64,000 bases of DNA from Rhodosorus marinus CCMP1338 (taxonomy: Eukaryota; Plantae; Rhodophyta). Shown piece after piece: positions 10,889-23,783 of the stretch. A program made the position numbers and the translations under genes. The notes beneath the pieces are model-generated. The model was not told where the DNA came from and ran no database searches. It saw only the letters and a list, made by a program, of their open reading frames with translations. Numbering within the stretch: position 1 is the stretch's first letter; each line of letters opens with the position of its first letter. Location: contig JAMWBK010000005.1 of assembly GCA_029953675.1 (NCBI GenBank), positions 2,480,001-2,544,000 of the forward strand, given 5' to 3'.

Positions 10889-13495
10889 ATGTCTGTGATT
10901 CGCCGTCTTCCTGAGGAGGTTGTTCATCGCATTGCAGCTGGTGAGGTGTGTGATCTCGGTTCGGTTCTCTAGTCTGTGCTTCCCTTTTCGTTTTCTCTCC
11001 GGTGATGATTTAGTCGAGCTAGCGAGCGCCTTTGTTCCAACGGTTTTGTCCAGGCTGAGCTGTTGTTGTTTTTTGCAATTCCTTAAAGGTTGTAACGTCC
11101 GCGGCTGCTGCGCTGAAGGAGCTGCTAGAGAATAGCATTGACGCTAGAGCGACGAAGATTAACGTTGGAGTTCGTCAAGGAGGTCTGAAGGTTTTACAGA
11201 TCGTTGACAATGGGAAGGGAATGGCGGTTAGCTGGATCTTAGATCAAATCTATGTACAGTGTCCTTTACATCACATCTCACACTCGTTCGTTGTATTTTC
11301 TAGCCAGAAGATATGCGCATGGCATGTGAAAGGTTCGCTACGAGCAAACTACAGACGTTCGAAGACCTTCAGTCAATAACCAGCTTCGGCTTTCGAGGAG
11401 AAGCACTCGCAAGCATAAGCCAAGTCGCCCGAGTGAAAATTGTATCAATGGTTCCAGGTACTATCGATACTACCAGCCTCATTCTAAGCCTATAGCAGCA
11501 GAGATATCTAATCCGAATATCTTGTCAACTACCCAACTCTGCAGACGCCGTCTGTGCGTACAGTGCGAGCTATGCTGATGGTAAAATTGCTGGAGCAAAC
11601 GGCGGACAAGCTGCCCCAAAACCATGCGCTGGAGTTCCTGGCACAACCGTGACGGTGGAAGACCTGTTTTACAACATGCCAACCCGACGAAGCGCTAACA
11701 GAAATGCATCTGAGGAGTACCGTGCGATTGCGGACATTGTCACCCGGTATTCCATTCGCTACTCGAGTATCGCGTTCACTTGCAAGAGGCTTGGAGATGT
11801 AAGTATCACGATGTGCATATGCAGTGTTTAGTGAAAGCACAAGTTTTCTGTCGTCAGGGGTTTGTTCGGCTTGCCGAGCGCTTACTACTTCCAGAGAGAT
11901 TTTGATGAACCAGATGTCTCTGACGATCTCTCACGTGCTTCTATCTGACTGATAGAATTCTGGATCAGACATAAAGTCAACCATGAATGCTACTGTACTC
12001 GAGAACATCCAGCTGGCTTTTGGGAAGAATCTCGCTCAGGAGCTATTGGACTTCAAGTTCGAGATCGACGGTCTGGGGGTCTCAGGAAGCGGCCTGGTGT
12101 CCAATGCGAACTACAATCTGACCCGACGGACGTTCATTCTGTTCATAAACGGCCGACTTGTCGACTATGCGCCGTTGAAAAAAGCACTTGATTCTACTCA
12201 CTCAGAGTTCAGTCCGAAAGGATCTCATGGCTTCTTCTACTTGGATATTAATATGAGGACGGAGGATCTCGACGTAAACGTCCATCCGACTAAGCGCGAA
12301 GTTCGGTTTCTTCATGGTGCAGAGCTCATTGAGAGCGTTACATCTGCAGTCTCTGATAGGCTTAAGACCAGCCGTACTTCTCGGGTCTACTACTCTCAGT
12401 CTCTCATTGAGTAAGTCCACGATTCATTGGTGCTAGTCTTTTATTTTTAGTCCTAATTCGTTCCGCTTCCGTCTGGACCCTTTTCGCAGGAAGCCAGTGC
12501 CGCGAGCAGAGCAAAGCGAGAGTCAAGTCCCAGATACACCAGCACCGGCTATGCTGGTTCGGACGAGCAAGCGCCCACTTTCAGGAAGAAACCCTTTGGC
12601 GAAAGACCCTCGGAAGATGGTGCGAACAGACGCAAAAATACAAGACGGAGCGATGGAGCAGTTTATAGAGTCAAGACCACAGGTTCTCGGCAGTGGACTG
12701 AGGAGGAGTTCGAGAACGGCTCTTAAACGCTCACGGGAAGCACCCCCGTTGCTGACTAGTGTTCGCAACCTGCAGATGGAATACGAAGCGCAAACGCATG
12801 CAGGCCTTCACGACGTGTTCCGTGAACACTCTTTCGTTGGAGTTGCCGACGGCGACCATGTACTCATACAACATCGGACCAAGCTGATGCTAGTTCTGCT
12901 TCATCCACTGGTGAGGGAATTAATGTATCAGAAGACATTGCTGCAGTTCGCGGATCTTTTGCCGGCGAAGCTCACCTCCCCAGTCCCGATCCGAGAGGTC
13001 GTTCGACTTCGGCTTGAGAAACCCGACCTTAAATTGAAGGAATCAGCGTGCGATCGAGAGGAGATGGCGATCGCGGTAGGTGGAGTTCTCCTCTCCCATT
13101 CAGAAATGCTCCTCGAGTATTTTGGGATACGCATCGTTGATACCAGGGGAAGCGGGCCATCTGTCGATGCGCTTCCGCTGTTGCTTGAACACCACTCGCC
13201 GGCGCCAACTTCTGTGGCTGACCTCATCCTCGGACTCGGCACTGTTGTAAATTGGGAGGAAGAACAGGAATGCTTCAAGGATATTGCAGAACTGATTGCT
13301 GATTGCTACACGTCAGTTGGACAATGGGACCCGACTAACTCGGATCAGCTCGAGCGTTACGAATACATCATCAAACACGCCATCCTACCGGCTACTCGTT
13401 CGGCGTTCTTCCCGCCAAATCACTTCGCAGAAAATAAGGTCGTTCGTGAGGTGGCGTCACTCGAGAGGCTCTATAGAACATTTGAGAGATGTTGA
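10889..13495 (+). CDS. MLH1: DNA mismatch repair protein Mlh1, multi-exon
   Basis: [62 protein letters not shown], and the diagnostic C-terminal LYRTFERC*. Confidence 0.96.
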
Positions 13496-14016
13496 GTCCC
13501 CGATTCCGCTCCCATGCACATGTAAAATCCAATCGTCGATATCCGGATTACTAACCACTTGTATTGGCACTAACTTTTTCTTCTCGGAATATAAAGTTCA
13601 AGCTTACGACGTTTTTACTTAACCAGCAGTCCGCTTTTCATCTCCGAATGCTGCTGAGAGAACTGAATGATCTAGAAATGGCGAATTGCATACGAGGACA
13701 CCTCCTTTTCACTGGAAGTCTCTTCCATCAGTCAGAGGAACTTCCCGTTCTCCGGAGTCTCAATCTAAAGAGCGCCCTGGGTTTGATTGAAGGGGATCGA
13801 AAGCGAATCTATAGCAGTTGTTCTGCGGTTGTTCATTCGGGATATAGACTGTTTCCGGCTGGCAACCTAGAGCACCTGGGAAAGCGTCTTCATGGAGTTG
13901 GTCCAACCAAGATTGCACCGATGCGCCTTTCGACAGCTAAAAGAGAACCAATTGCTCGCTTTATCAGTATTGCTTTGCCTCCAGGGAAACTCAAAAAGGG
14001 GCCTGGCGTAACAGGG

Positions 14017-15929
14017 CTAGTTGGACATCTCGCTGTTTGCGACGAGAGTGAAGTTAAGTTCCTCGGACATGTTTCCGGAATGCTGAATTGGGCCCGGGCA
14101 TCTGTAGTCCTCCGTGAGGCGCCACGCCTCTCTCTGCTTCGCATATATCTTGAATGCCGGGTCCTCCAACGAAATCAGGGCCTTCTTAATGACCGGCACC
14201 ATTTTACCCTTTCTTCGCTCCATGTTCATCATAACTGTCAACGGATAGCCTCCGCACTCCCACTGCTCCGGGAGAGTGGTCAAGTTCGAAACTGTCGCAA
14301 CGTAGCCAGTACATCCGGCCTCAATGAGAGCAGCTATTCCACATGAGCGAGGTTGACGCGAATTCAGAACCAGAGAAAAGACCGAAGGAAACTGCGACCG
14401 TCCCCTCTGAAAACCGCGTAAACAGTTCCTTACCTGAAGTATGGCCAAGAGCGTAGCAGTAGTTGCAATCAAAGTTGGTTGGAAGGGAGCATCGACCTTC
14501 ATAACCGAAGAAATGAGAAATAGCGCTGAATGTGCCCTTGTATTCGGACCGCTTCTTCAGCTCTGACTTTGTCATGGTGATCAAGAGCCTCTCAGACTCA
14601 GTTTGCGACAACCTGACATTGCCATGAGGATCTCTGTCCAACAAAAGCTGCGTCTGGAAGTCGGTAGGTAGCGAGTTGAATAGTTCTCGCTCCTGGTTGT
14701 CAAGCATCTTCACGGCCTCAGTTGGGTCATTTGAGGAGCTACCATTCGACGCAAGATGATCGTTAAGGCAGGAGATAAGCTTGTTCATGTCCGGCATAAA
14801 CTCAACCAGGCCTTCTGGAATAATGACCACGCCAAAGTCCTTGCCGAGTTTAGACCTCTCGACGACTAGGTCAGCAATGTCTGAGACAACCGAGAGGAGG
14901 GATTGCCGGTTGGCCTCAACTTCCTCTCCGATAACGGCCATGTTAGGATGCGTCTGGAGAGCAGTTTCCAGGGTAATGTGAGACGCAGAGCGGCCCATCA
15001 GCCTGCAGAAGTGGTAGCTCTTCTTCGCAGAGCTTGCATCGTAGCCAAGATTAGCAACAAGCTCCGAGTACACCTTCACTGCTGTGTCGAATCCGAAGGA
15101 CGTCTCAATGTAAGTGTTCCTCAGATCTCCGTCGATCGTCTTGGGAACTCCGATAACCTTGGTATCGATGTTGTAAGCCTTGAAGTCCTCAGCGAGCAGC
15201 ATCGCATTGGTATTGGTGTCGTCTCCACCGACAAAAACGAGCCCATCTAGCTCACACTTCTTCGCAGCTTCTCTAGCCATGGCGAACTGTTCCACTGTTT
15301 CAATTTTCGTTCTGCCAGACCCGAGTAGATGGAAACCTCCCTGGTTGCGGAAGGGATCAATGCTCTCACTGGTCAAGATGTGGTAGTTGCAGTCAATAAT
15401 ACCGGAAGGTCCGTTCACGAAACCAATGAGTTCCGAGTCCTTGTTTCTCTCCTGAAGATGATCGAAAAGCCCGGATATCACATTATGTCCTCCCGGGGCT
15501 GGACCTCCCGAGAGAACGACTCCAATACGCAGCTTCTTGCCGATAGTGACTGGACCGCCACTGTTCGGTACAATCTTCACAACGGGTTGGCCAAACAGTT
15601 TCGGGAATCGCTTTTCAATCTCTTCAACATCATAAGCAGCAGAAGTTCGATCTCCAAAGGCAACTCTAAACGCTCCACGAAGAAGCTGGAAAACGTACCA
15701 AAGGAGCTCACGAGTCAGTCACAACAAACCTCCAAAGGTCTAAAGCGGAGAACACGTCTCGGAACACGAGCCTTACCGGTGGCATACGCGGGATGTAAAG
15801 CAGCCGTTGCTGATGAAGGGGTGACAACTCTGCAACAGAAATATTCAACTTCAACTCATGCTCAACCTTACGACGAACCGTCTGTATGTTGTGCATATGC
15901 TCATCCGCTGAGCTCGTCGTCGTCACCAT
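14017..15929 (-). CDS. PFP: Pyrophosphate-dependent phosphofructokinase (PFP, long-clade PPi-PFK), multi-exon, no transit peptide
   Basis: LSGGPAPGGHNVI, GSGRTKI, GGDDTNTNA, GVPKTIDGDL, LMGRSASHI, DRDPHGN, HFFGYEGR, C-terminal GPIQ. Confidence 0.93.
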
Positions 15930-17872
15930 CTCTGCAATCCAAACCTTCTACCAAACAACTTCAAAAATTCTGAAAACACACAAACTAACTCTATCCACAA
16001 TCCAGTACCAAAACCCTCCAACTCAAGTCTCCGCCCCTTCCCCCGAACATCCATGCAGCTGCTTTTCACATTATCTCTCTTTCAAACCATCTCGGGTTGT
16101 TGAAAAGCCTTCATTTCACATCTACCAAACCCATTTTCCAATTTCTTGAATTAAAAACCGTCGATTCTCGTCCGAATTCTTACCATGAGAAAAAAACTGA
16201 AACAACTAAAAATATCTCGTGCCGGGGTGGCCCCTTCCCCCGACTCCGTTGGAGGAATGGGGTGGGCTCTCAATCCTCTGGCATCTGTTGAATTCGTTTA
16301 CACAGCAAGGAGCCTTGTTCGATCTAAGATGCTCTCTTTGTCATTAGCATCATCATAGATCCCTTTCCTACTCACTTCTTAGTCCTTTCGGTCTGTTGTA
16401 GGTATAGAGCCCTTGAAAGAGTCACCGCGCTAGGCTACCAATCCTCAGTAGATGGGTAAATAGAGGTGCCCCCAAAGCGGTCGACGGACAGGGTTTTTAG
16501 GATAGGTTCTTTTGGCGATGTAAAAAATATATATATTTCTTCGATAAGTCTCCGTTGTCCGTTAATTGACGAAAAATTAGTTTGAATTATTTTATAATTT
16601 ACGCTCCCGGCTGGATTTCACCAATCATCGTGAATGAGCATCGCGCTCGAAGAAAAGCCAAAAAAAGGCCGTTCATTGGTTTACACAGATTCTTCACTTT
16701 TCGCCGAGAATTAATGGATTTTCGAGTACATTCTAGTTTGTTTTTACTTTCTTCTAAGTTTCCTATACTTCGGACATTCTTTCTGGCTTCTTTTCATTGG
16801 TAGAAACAACGCCTCCTACGAAAAACAAATAATCCAACCAGCAAGCGTCAGCGATGATTTGAAAATGTCTGTTTTCAGACTTATTTTTCATAGCCAACCA
16901 ATTCTCCCTGAATACGAAAGCAGTCAATTGTTAACCAATAATGTAGCTCCAGACATAAATATGGAAATATTTCAACTAGTTCATAAAATAATATTGACTG
17001 AATTATGCGACAGCCTGTCCAACTATAATCTCGGGTCGGCGCGTAACAAACTAGTCTCTGTGACCACAATCAGATACTAGTACACAGACTAGATGTACTA
17101 TTTGGCCATTTAGACTTGCCCTCTTGGATGTGTATTTGTTTCGTAGTTTTGCCGCGATATATAGAAACCGCGGATTTCCGGCTTGTGGAGGAGGGGATAA
17201 CATAGTACGCACAACTACCTTCAGTATAGACAACATAGCGTACTAATAAAAAGTTCATGGGGTTTTTGCTTTATTTGTAACTGTATGCGGGGGGGGGGGA
17301 GAGAGAGGTTGGACTCCGCACCTGAAAAAAGGAAAGCAAAAGGGTCCAGGCTTCTTTTCCAAAGCCTACCCGCCAAAACACTGAATTCTCGAAGGGAGGA
17401 AATCTACACATGTACGATTGGCAGATTGGCATCAGATGCCGTGTGCCTTCAGACGCTGTCAGAACCTCTAGGGCCAGGCTGGGCCTTCGCTGTGGCGTCC
17501 GTAGTCATCAAATCTCTTGCAGCTTGATGCTCTTGCAAGAGACTAGGCCATTTTCACTTCGTTAAATCAGCCCGGATCAGGATCAGGGCTTCCAGGGATA
17601 CGTGCTATCCTGTGCACGCCTGGGCCACCTAGATGCCTGGAAGGTTGGGATTTTGGATAGATGTTCATTGCTGTGAAAGAGATGGTGCGACGGGGTGAAG
17701 ATGAGGTTTGCTGAGAGGGGAATGCTTTTTTGTTGTTGGGATGAAGCTATTCAGTACACAATTAGGTTATCTAGTTCATCGATTTAAAAGCTTTTGAAAA
17801 TAGCCTGTTTCGCTTTTCACTTGACTGGAGACGGGTGGTGGCGGTGGTGAGGTTGCTTGATTTACGTCAAAG

Positions 17873-18601
17873 ATGGTAGGTGTTATTCATACTTTCTTCT
17901 CGAGACCTGTCGAAGACGGGAGCTTTCCTTTATTGGGAACGTGTCTGTTCTGCTTGTCGTTCTCATAGCTCTGGCTTTCTGTTATGCTATTGGGGAACTC
18001 GGTGACTAACTTTCAATGTTTGCGTTGCTTGCTGCCACAGATGCAGTATTTTCTTTTGGTTAATCGTCAGGGCGTTGTTCGCCTAGCGAAGTGGTTTCAG
18101 CCATATTCACAGAAAGACAGGAATAAGATCTTGAGGGAGATAACTAATTTCGTCATTACTCGACAGAACAAAATGTGCAATTTTGTCGAGTGGAAGGATG
18201 TCAAGCTTGTATACAAGAGGTATCCAGTTTCATTGCCGTCGTGTTATAATCTGTTATGCTGACGTAAAGTTTAGTATGCTTAATAGTTTGATATGATCAC
18301 TACTCTCCGTAGGTATGCCAGTCTCTACGCGGTGGTTGCCATCGATCCTGACGACAACGAGCTCATTACACTTGATATGCTCCATCTCTACGTGGAGACC
18401 CTCGACCGGTACTTTGGAAACGTCTGTGAGCTTGACATAATATTCAACTTCCACCGTGCCTACTACATACTCGACGAAATCTTGCTGGGCGGGGAGCTCC
18501 AAGACTCGAACAAACGGGCGCCGCTGCACGCCGCATACGAAGGAGATGCGCTTGCGGAGAAGGTGCCGGAATACGCTCCAAAGTCTTACCACAGGAAGTG
18601 A
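17873..18601 (+). CDS. AP1S: AP-1 adaptor complex sigma subunit, 3 exons, first exon probably only ATG
   Basis: ATG|gtaggt (17873-17875), branch-like gactaac at about 18003, cag|ATG CAG at 18041. Protein reads FLLVNRQGVVRLAKW...VYKR|YASLY...YFGNVCELDIIFNFHRAYYILDEI. Confidence 0.9.
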
Positions 18602-18885
18602 ATCCACGGGGAAAGCTCAAAATTCGGAAACGCGGGAGACAGGGTTGACGCAATCGCGTCGAAAATCTTTCCATATAGGATCAATCAGCAGCTTCCTGTG
18701 CATCCCGTTATACCCGCTCGATTCGTAGACCGGGTTTCACGGATTCAGGACGGAAGACTTCTCGAAAATTGTTCTTCCAACCGCGGTCATAAATATTTTT
18801 CCACGTCCCCTTGGGATTGGTTTGGAATGGTAGATACTCCGTGATCGCTATTCCCTGAAGAGTGGCGGAGTGCGAACAAGAAGGT

Positions 18886-19933
18886 TCAAGCGCTCATGTA
18901 ATTAGATGATCGCTCGGGTTTTGAACCGTGCAAGTGTATAAACAAATGAACGAGGTTTCTTTCATAAGGAATGCGTACATGTTCGTTGATCTGCTGCTTC
19001 AGCACTGGTGTGAGGGCACTAAGCTTCCATGACTCGTTTGTGGTAACGTTCCTTCGGATCAAAGTCAGCTGGTAAAGAAGTAGAGCCAACACCGTCAACG
19101 CGAGAATCAACAGCACGATGGAAAGTAATAGCAGGCGACGTTCCAGCTGCGCTGCGCGGCGTAGAACGGCACCCAAAGCCTTCTCTTTCGCTCCTCCTTC
19201 AAGGGTCACGAGGAAATCTTCATGAACAGAGACCACCACAGTCTGGAAGCAGAGAAGCGCCCCGTGACCAAGCATGTATGTGTGGTACGCTAGAAAGAGG
19301 AGGAAAAATCGATGGTTTTCCAAGCCGATACAAGTTGCAACCCAGCCGCAATGATGGTCGAACCTATCACGAAATCCGAACGGTCAACAATGAGAAAGGT
19401 TGAGTGCCATGAACTCTCCTGAACTGCGAGACCCCTCAAACATACCTGGAAACGCATCGGTTGCACAGTGCACAGTGTTTGGACCTAGCGGGCTTTTCGA
19501 ATAGACACGTCCCACAGTTGTTGCTCTCTTTGTACAAAAGACCATCATGTCTATACATTTCCAGGCAACTGAGAACGAAAGTCAATTTCAGCCGGAGAAC
19601 GTCGTTTCAGCAGTGCGAAAAACCGCTTCAACTGGTGTGCTCCTCTCACCTGGAATGGTTTGCCAGTGAAATAGTTCCAGGGTCCCTTCGCGCCGTGTAC
19701 CACCAGCTAAGTACGGCCATGAGCAAGTGCGGAAACAGAGCCTCCCTCCGAGTCCTTGGGAAGGACTCCAGTGGCAGCCTAGGGCCGAGTACCTCCCAGA
19801 GAATGATCGCCAACGCGGAAACTACAGCAAAGTATCCAATCGGCATAATATGCTTCTCGAGAACAACCTCCATCGACGCCCACGACACATTTAGCCGCGA
19901 AAAGTATCTACTCCTATCCCTCCAGAGCCTCAT
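18886..19933 (-). CDS. DHHC zinc-finger palmitoyl acyltransferase (Swf1/ZDHHC4-like), multi-exon, start uncertain
   Basis: Spliced reading [24 protein letters not shown]|[27 protein letters not shown] motif, TTNE motif and hydrophobic TM stretches. Confidence 0.88.
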
Positions 19934-21157
19934 CCTTCCTCAATGTTCTATCCAAGGTGAGCAATAGGATTGGTCCCGATGAACGGTACACTCTACATTA
20001 TTTTCAGGATGATTCTGATGGTCATTCGAGATCCCTTCTTTCTTCAGTCCTTCATCGTTAGCTGCGGTTGTTTCGCGGTTTTACTCTGCAACCCTACCAC
20101 GCCCATGTCTCTGGGACTTCTCCAAGACGTCACTGCCAGATAGCTACTATCTTATCAGCGGTTTGAAGATGTTCGAGGGGTTAGCAAGCTGTGGAAGGTG
20201 GAATTTTCAATCACGGGTTCAATAAAAAAAATCTATGTACGGAAGTGTTGAACAGCAACTGCGGCACAACACGAGTTGTGCCTCACAGGGGTTGTATGGT
20301 TTCCGCCATCACATGCTCACTTGCTCCATCCTTTTCAACTGGGGTGCTGGGGAACTACAAAGAGTAGTAGACAAGTAAGAAATTACATACGGAGCAGCCT
20401 AGGAAGGTAAGCTTAGAAATATCGCTGTGCTTCTTTGTCTCTTAGTTCATTAATACAACGGCGATCAGTACCAGAGCTCGGGAAGACCCTTCCAAAACAA
20501 AATGCTTGCAGACGAGCACATACAAGGTAGACAATGGTCAATGTACCTCCAGCAAACAGGTGCTAAATCATCATGGCATTCTGTCCCTGCTTAGAGTGTC
20601 TCCAAAGCAGGCTCAACTCATCCTCACCACCCTCCAGTTGAATGCCATCACCCTGAAGCCCAAAGTCCACAGTGACCGTCAACGGCTAACGATACTCGCA
20701 ACATCACCCTGAAGTTGAAACTTATTTAAAAAAAAAGGTAACCGAGACAGAGGCGTCGAAACTGGGTAATCGAGCAGAATTCAACAAACAAAGTGGGAGG
20801 AATCAACCCGACCAAAATCTAGACATATTAGACAATAAATCTACCAAAAATTCCGTTCACGAACGTTGTAATTGTTCTTGTTATTCAAGCTTTATGCATA
20901 TTATGGTTTACTGGAAATAAATAGATTCATGTTTAGAAGAATTGGGTCCTACTTTTTGGTTCAGAATGTTTGTGGTCTTTGCAGGGAGATCGCGAGGTCT
21001 ACTTGGTCGTAGTGTTATGCTACATGTGGAGAGATATGATGAGAATGAAGCTGGGGAAGGAAGTGGTAGGGTGGATAGGAAGAGGAAGAAGCATAGACAA
21101 GGATACAAAGGTTGGAGGACGTTGGTTTGTTTTGGGGGGGGGAGAGAGGGAGAAAAC

Positions 21158-23783
21158 ATGGCTGGGGTGGTCTCTGCGGTGACGGCGATTGTGTTTCCGC
21201 AATATGCACTCCCGATTGGAGTTGCTTGTGCATCTTTGGAGGCGTTTAAGGCTTTGAGAAAAAAAGGATCTGAGGAATCTGAAATTAAGGAGGTTCCTGC
21301 TGCGGAGGTTTCTGGGAAGGTCAGTCCAGTGACACTGAAATGGAAGAATCTGTCGTACAAGGCGGAGTCAAGGAAAAAGGGTTCAGTCCATATTCTGAAG
21401 GAATGTACTGGGGAGGCCAAGCCGGGACATTTGTTGGCGCTTATGGGACCATCTGGAGCTGGTAAGACGTCGCTGATCAACGTCCTCGCGAGCCAGGTGC
21501 CGAAGAGCACCAAGGTCGAGATTCGCGGCCAGCTAACTTGCAATGCCCACCAGAAGACAGTGTAAGTCCGGAGTAACCCCGTACACTCCGTCCGGACTGG
21601 AACCTTCGTCGCTTGAGATAACCCTTTTCATCTAGCGGAGGGTTCAGACGTCTGAAATCTAAAATTCTTGTTTTCTCTGACCTTAGCGATCATCCTCAGG
21701 CGTACGTGCCGCAGAGTCCCAATTTCTTCTCCTGTCTAACTGTACGGGAGACTTTGCAGTTTGCTGCACGTGCACGGCTCCCATCGAGTGTGACAACTGA
21801 AGACAGGGAGGAGATGGTCGAAGATCTTATCCTCAAATTGGGCTTAGCTAAGTGCGCGGACTCCTTTGTAGGCAATGCCACAACTCAAGGGATCAGTGGA
21901 GGAGAGAAAAAGCGCCTTAGTATCGCGTCTGAAATGATCGGTACACCGGCATTGATATTTGTGGATGAGCCAACCAGCGGGCTGGACTCGTTCCAGGTGA
22001 GCGTGTGACCCATGGCCATACAATGCAAGCGAAATTCTTCTGTTTCACTTAAGGAAGAGGATATTCTGAAACCTTAGGCTGAACAAGTTATTGACGCGCT
22101 GAGAGTACTCGCGAAAGAAGGCCATACAGTAATCTGCTCCATTCATCAACCTCGAGGAAGTATATACAATATGTTTGATGATCTGTGCCTCCTTTCTGAG
22201 GGCGAGGTGAGCCTCTTCGGAACAAACATTCAAACCAGTTTGTTCGGCTTAAACTTGTCGAGCAGTCGCTTCTAGAACTTGAAATAGCTCCAGTCGCTTA
22301 CGGGTGGTTGTTGTTTTTTTTGTTCGTGGTTAAATAATTCTTCACTCTAGACGCTCTTCTGTGGGCCCGTCGACGGTGTTTTGGGCCATTTCTCTGAATT
22401 GGGACTGACCTCGCCGAGTGGAACGAATCCGGCCGAATTCTTGGCCGATGTGATATCGATCGATTATTCCGATCCCGTGCGGTCTGCCGAGTGTCGCGAC
22501 CGCATTTCAAGCTTATCCAATGCGTACAGGGAGAAAATTGCTCCAACAATTACTATTATGCTGGACCCGAGCGACTATCCATCCAAGCATGTCGGCCATC
22601 CCCTGCTCTCGTGGTGGGACCAACTCAGTATGCTGTTCGGGAGATCCGTGCGTCAGGTGAAGCGAGACAGAAAATCTAATATGGCAAGGATAATCCCCAG
22701 TATCACGAGTGCAATCATGTTCGGAATGATCTACTGGAGAATGGGGCGCGATCAGTCCGGGATTCACAACAGGCTTGGTTTTCTCATGGTGCGCACCTCG
22801 GCTGCCTTTTTCGTCGCCTTGAATTTCGTAGGAATCTGTCTAGCACGCTAGAAACCACATTCCTCGAGGGCTGAATCCGTTCTTTTCGCTGATATTGGTG
22901 TAGGTGTGCGCAACAAACACGGCGATGCTTGCAATGACCAGAACGTTGAAGGTTTTCCCTCCTGAGAAAAGTGTTGTAGATCGAGAGCGTGCGCGCCACA
23001 GTTACCACGTCCTCCCGTACTTGTTGGGCAAGATTGTCGCGGAACTTCCCGCCGTACTTGCTCCCCCGCTTCTTTTCGGCTCCATCCTGTACCCGATGGC
23101 CGGTCTCGAGGGCAGTATTGGAAGGTGAGTGAACAGGGAGACACGCTGATGCTAGTATGCGAGAGTTCGTTGGGAGACTGATCCAGCTTGTTCGCCATTT
23201 TCTGAACCTCAGATTTGCAAGGTTTTTATCAGTACTTGCGGTTGAAGGGATGGCGTCGGGTGCAATTGGGCTGGCGATCGGCTCGCTTGCGCCGACGGCT
23301 GAAATCGCTTTATCCGTGGGGCCGAGCATTATGCTGATTTTCATTCTGTTTGGAGGGTACTATGTCACTGATAACACAGTACCATTCGTTCTCCGATGGA
23401 TTCCCCGAGTCTCAGTGATCCGCTGGTCCTATAAGACACTAGCTGTAAATCAATTCCAGGGAATTGAGTTTACTACTGAGGGCCCGACGGACACGGCAAC
23501 TGGGGAGCAAGTGATCCAAAGGCTGGGCAGCGCTGACGAATCGTATGCAAGCGGCCTTGTGGAGCTGGTCCGAATCACGTCCTTCTTTTATGTCCTTAGC
23601 TACTGGATCTTGAACAAACGAAAGCGAGCCTTCCAGGACCTCTTAGAGGATGACGACGTGGGAGCAGTGAATTTGAAGTTGAACAATGGGCAGGTTGAGG
23701 AACTTGAAAAAGTTGCAGAGGTCGGAGATGTCGATGCCAGCGAAAACGTATCTCCCCCAGCGGATGTTGAGTACTCCGCGTAG
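21158..23783 (+). CDS. ABCG (White-type) half transporter, multi-exon
   Basis: Walker A GPSGAGKTS, signature ISGGEKKRL, Walker B IFVDEPTSGLD, CSIHQP, NPAEF, followed by a C-terminal TMD. An upstream in-frame ATG near 21017 is possible. Confidence 0.93.

Noticed and set aside
13564-14346. 260-aa plus-strand ORF
   Set aside because: Non-ATG start, 3' part antisense to PFP, no recognisable motif; probably a shadow ORF over convergent 3' UTRs.
20263-20282. Perfect 8-bp hairpin GGCACAAC-ACGA-GTTGTGCC
   Set aside because: Several such stems are expected by chance in 64 kb, and nothing else supports it.
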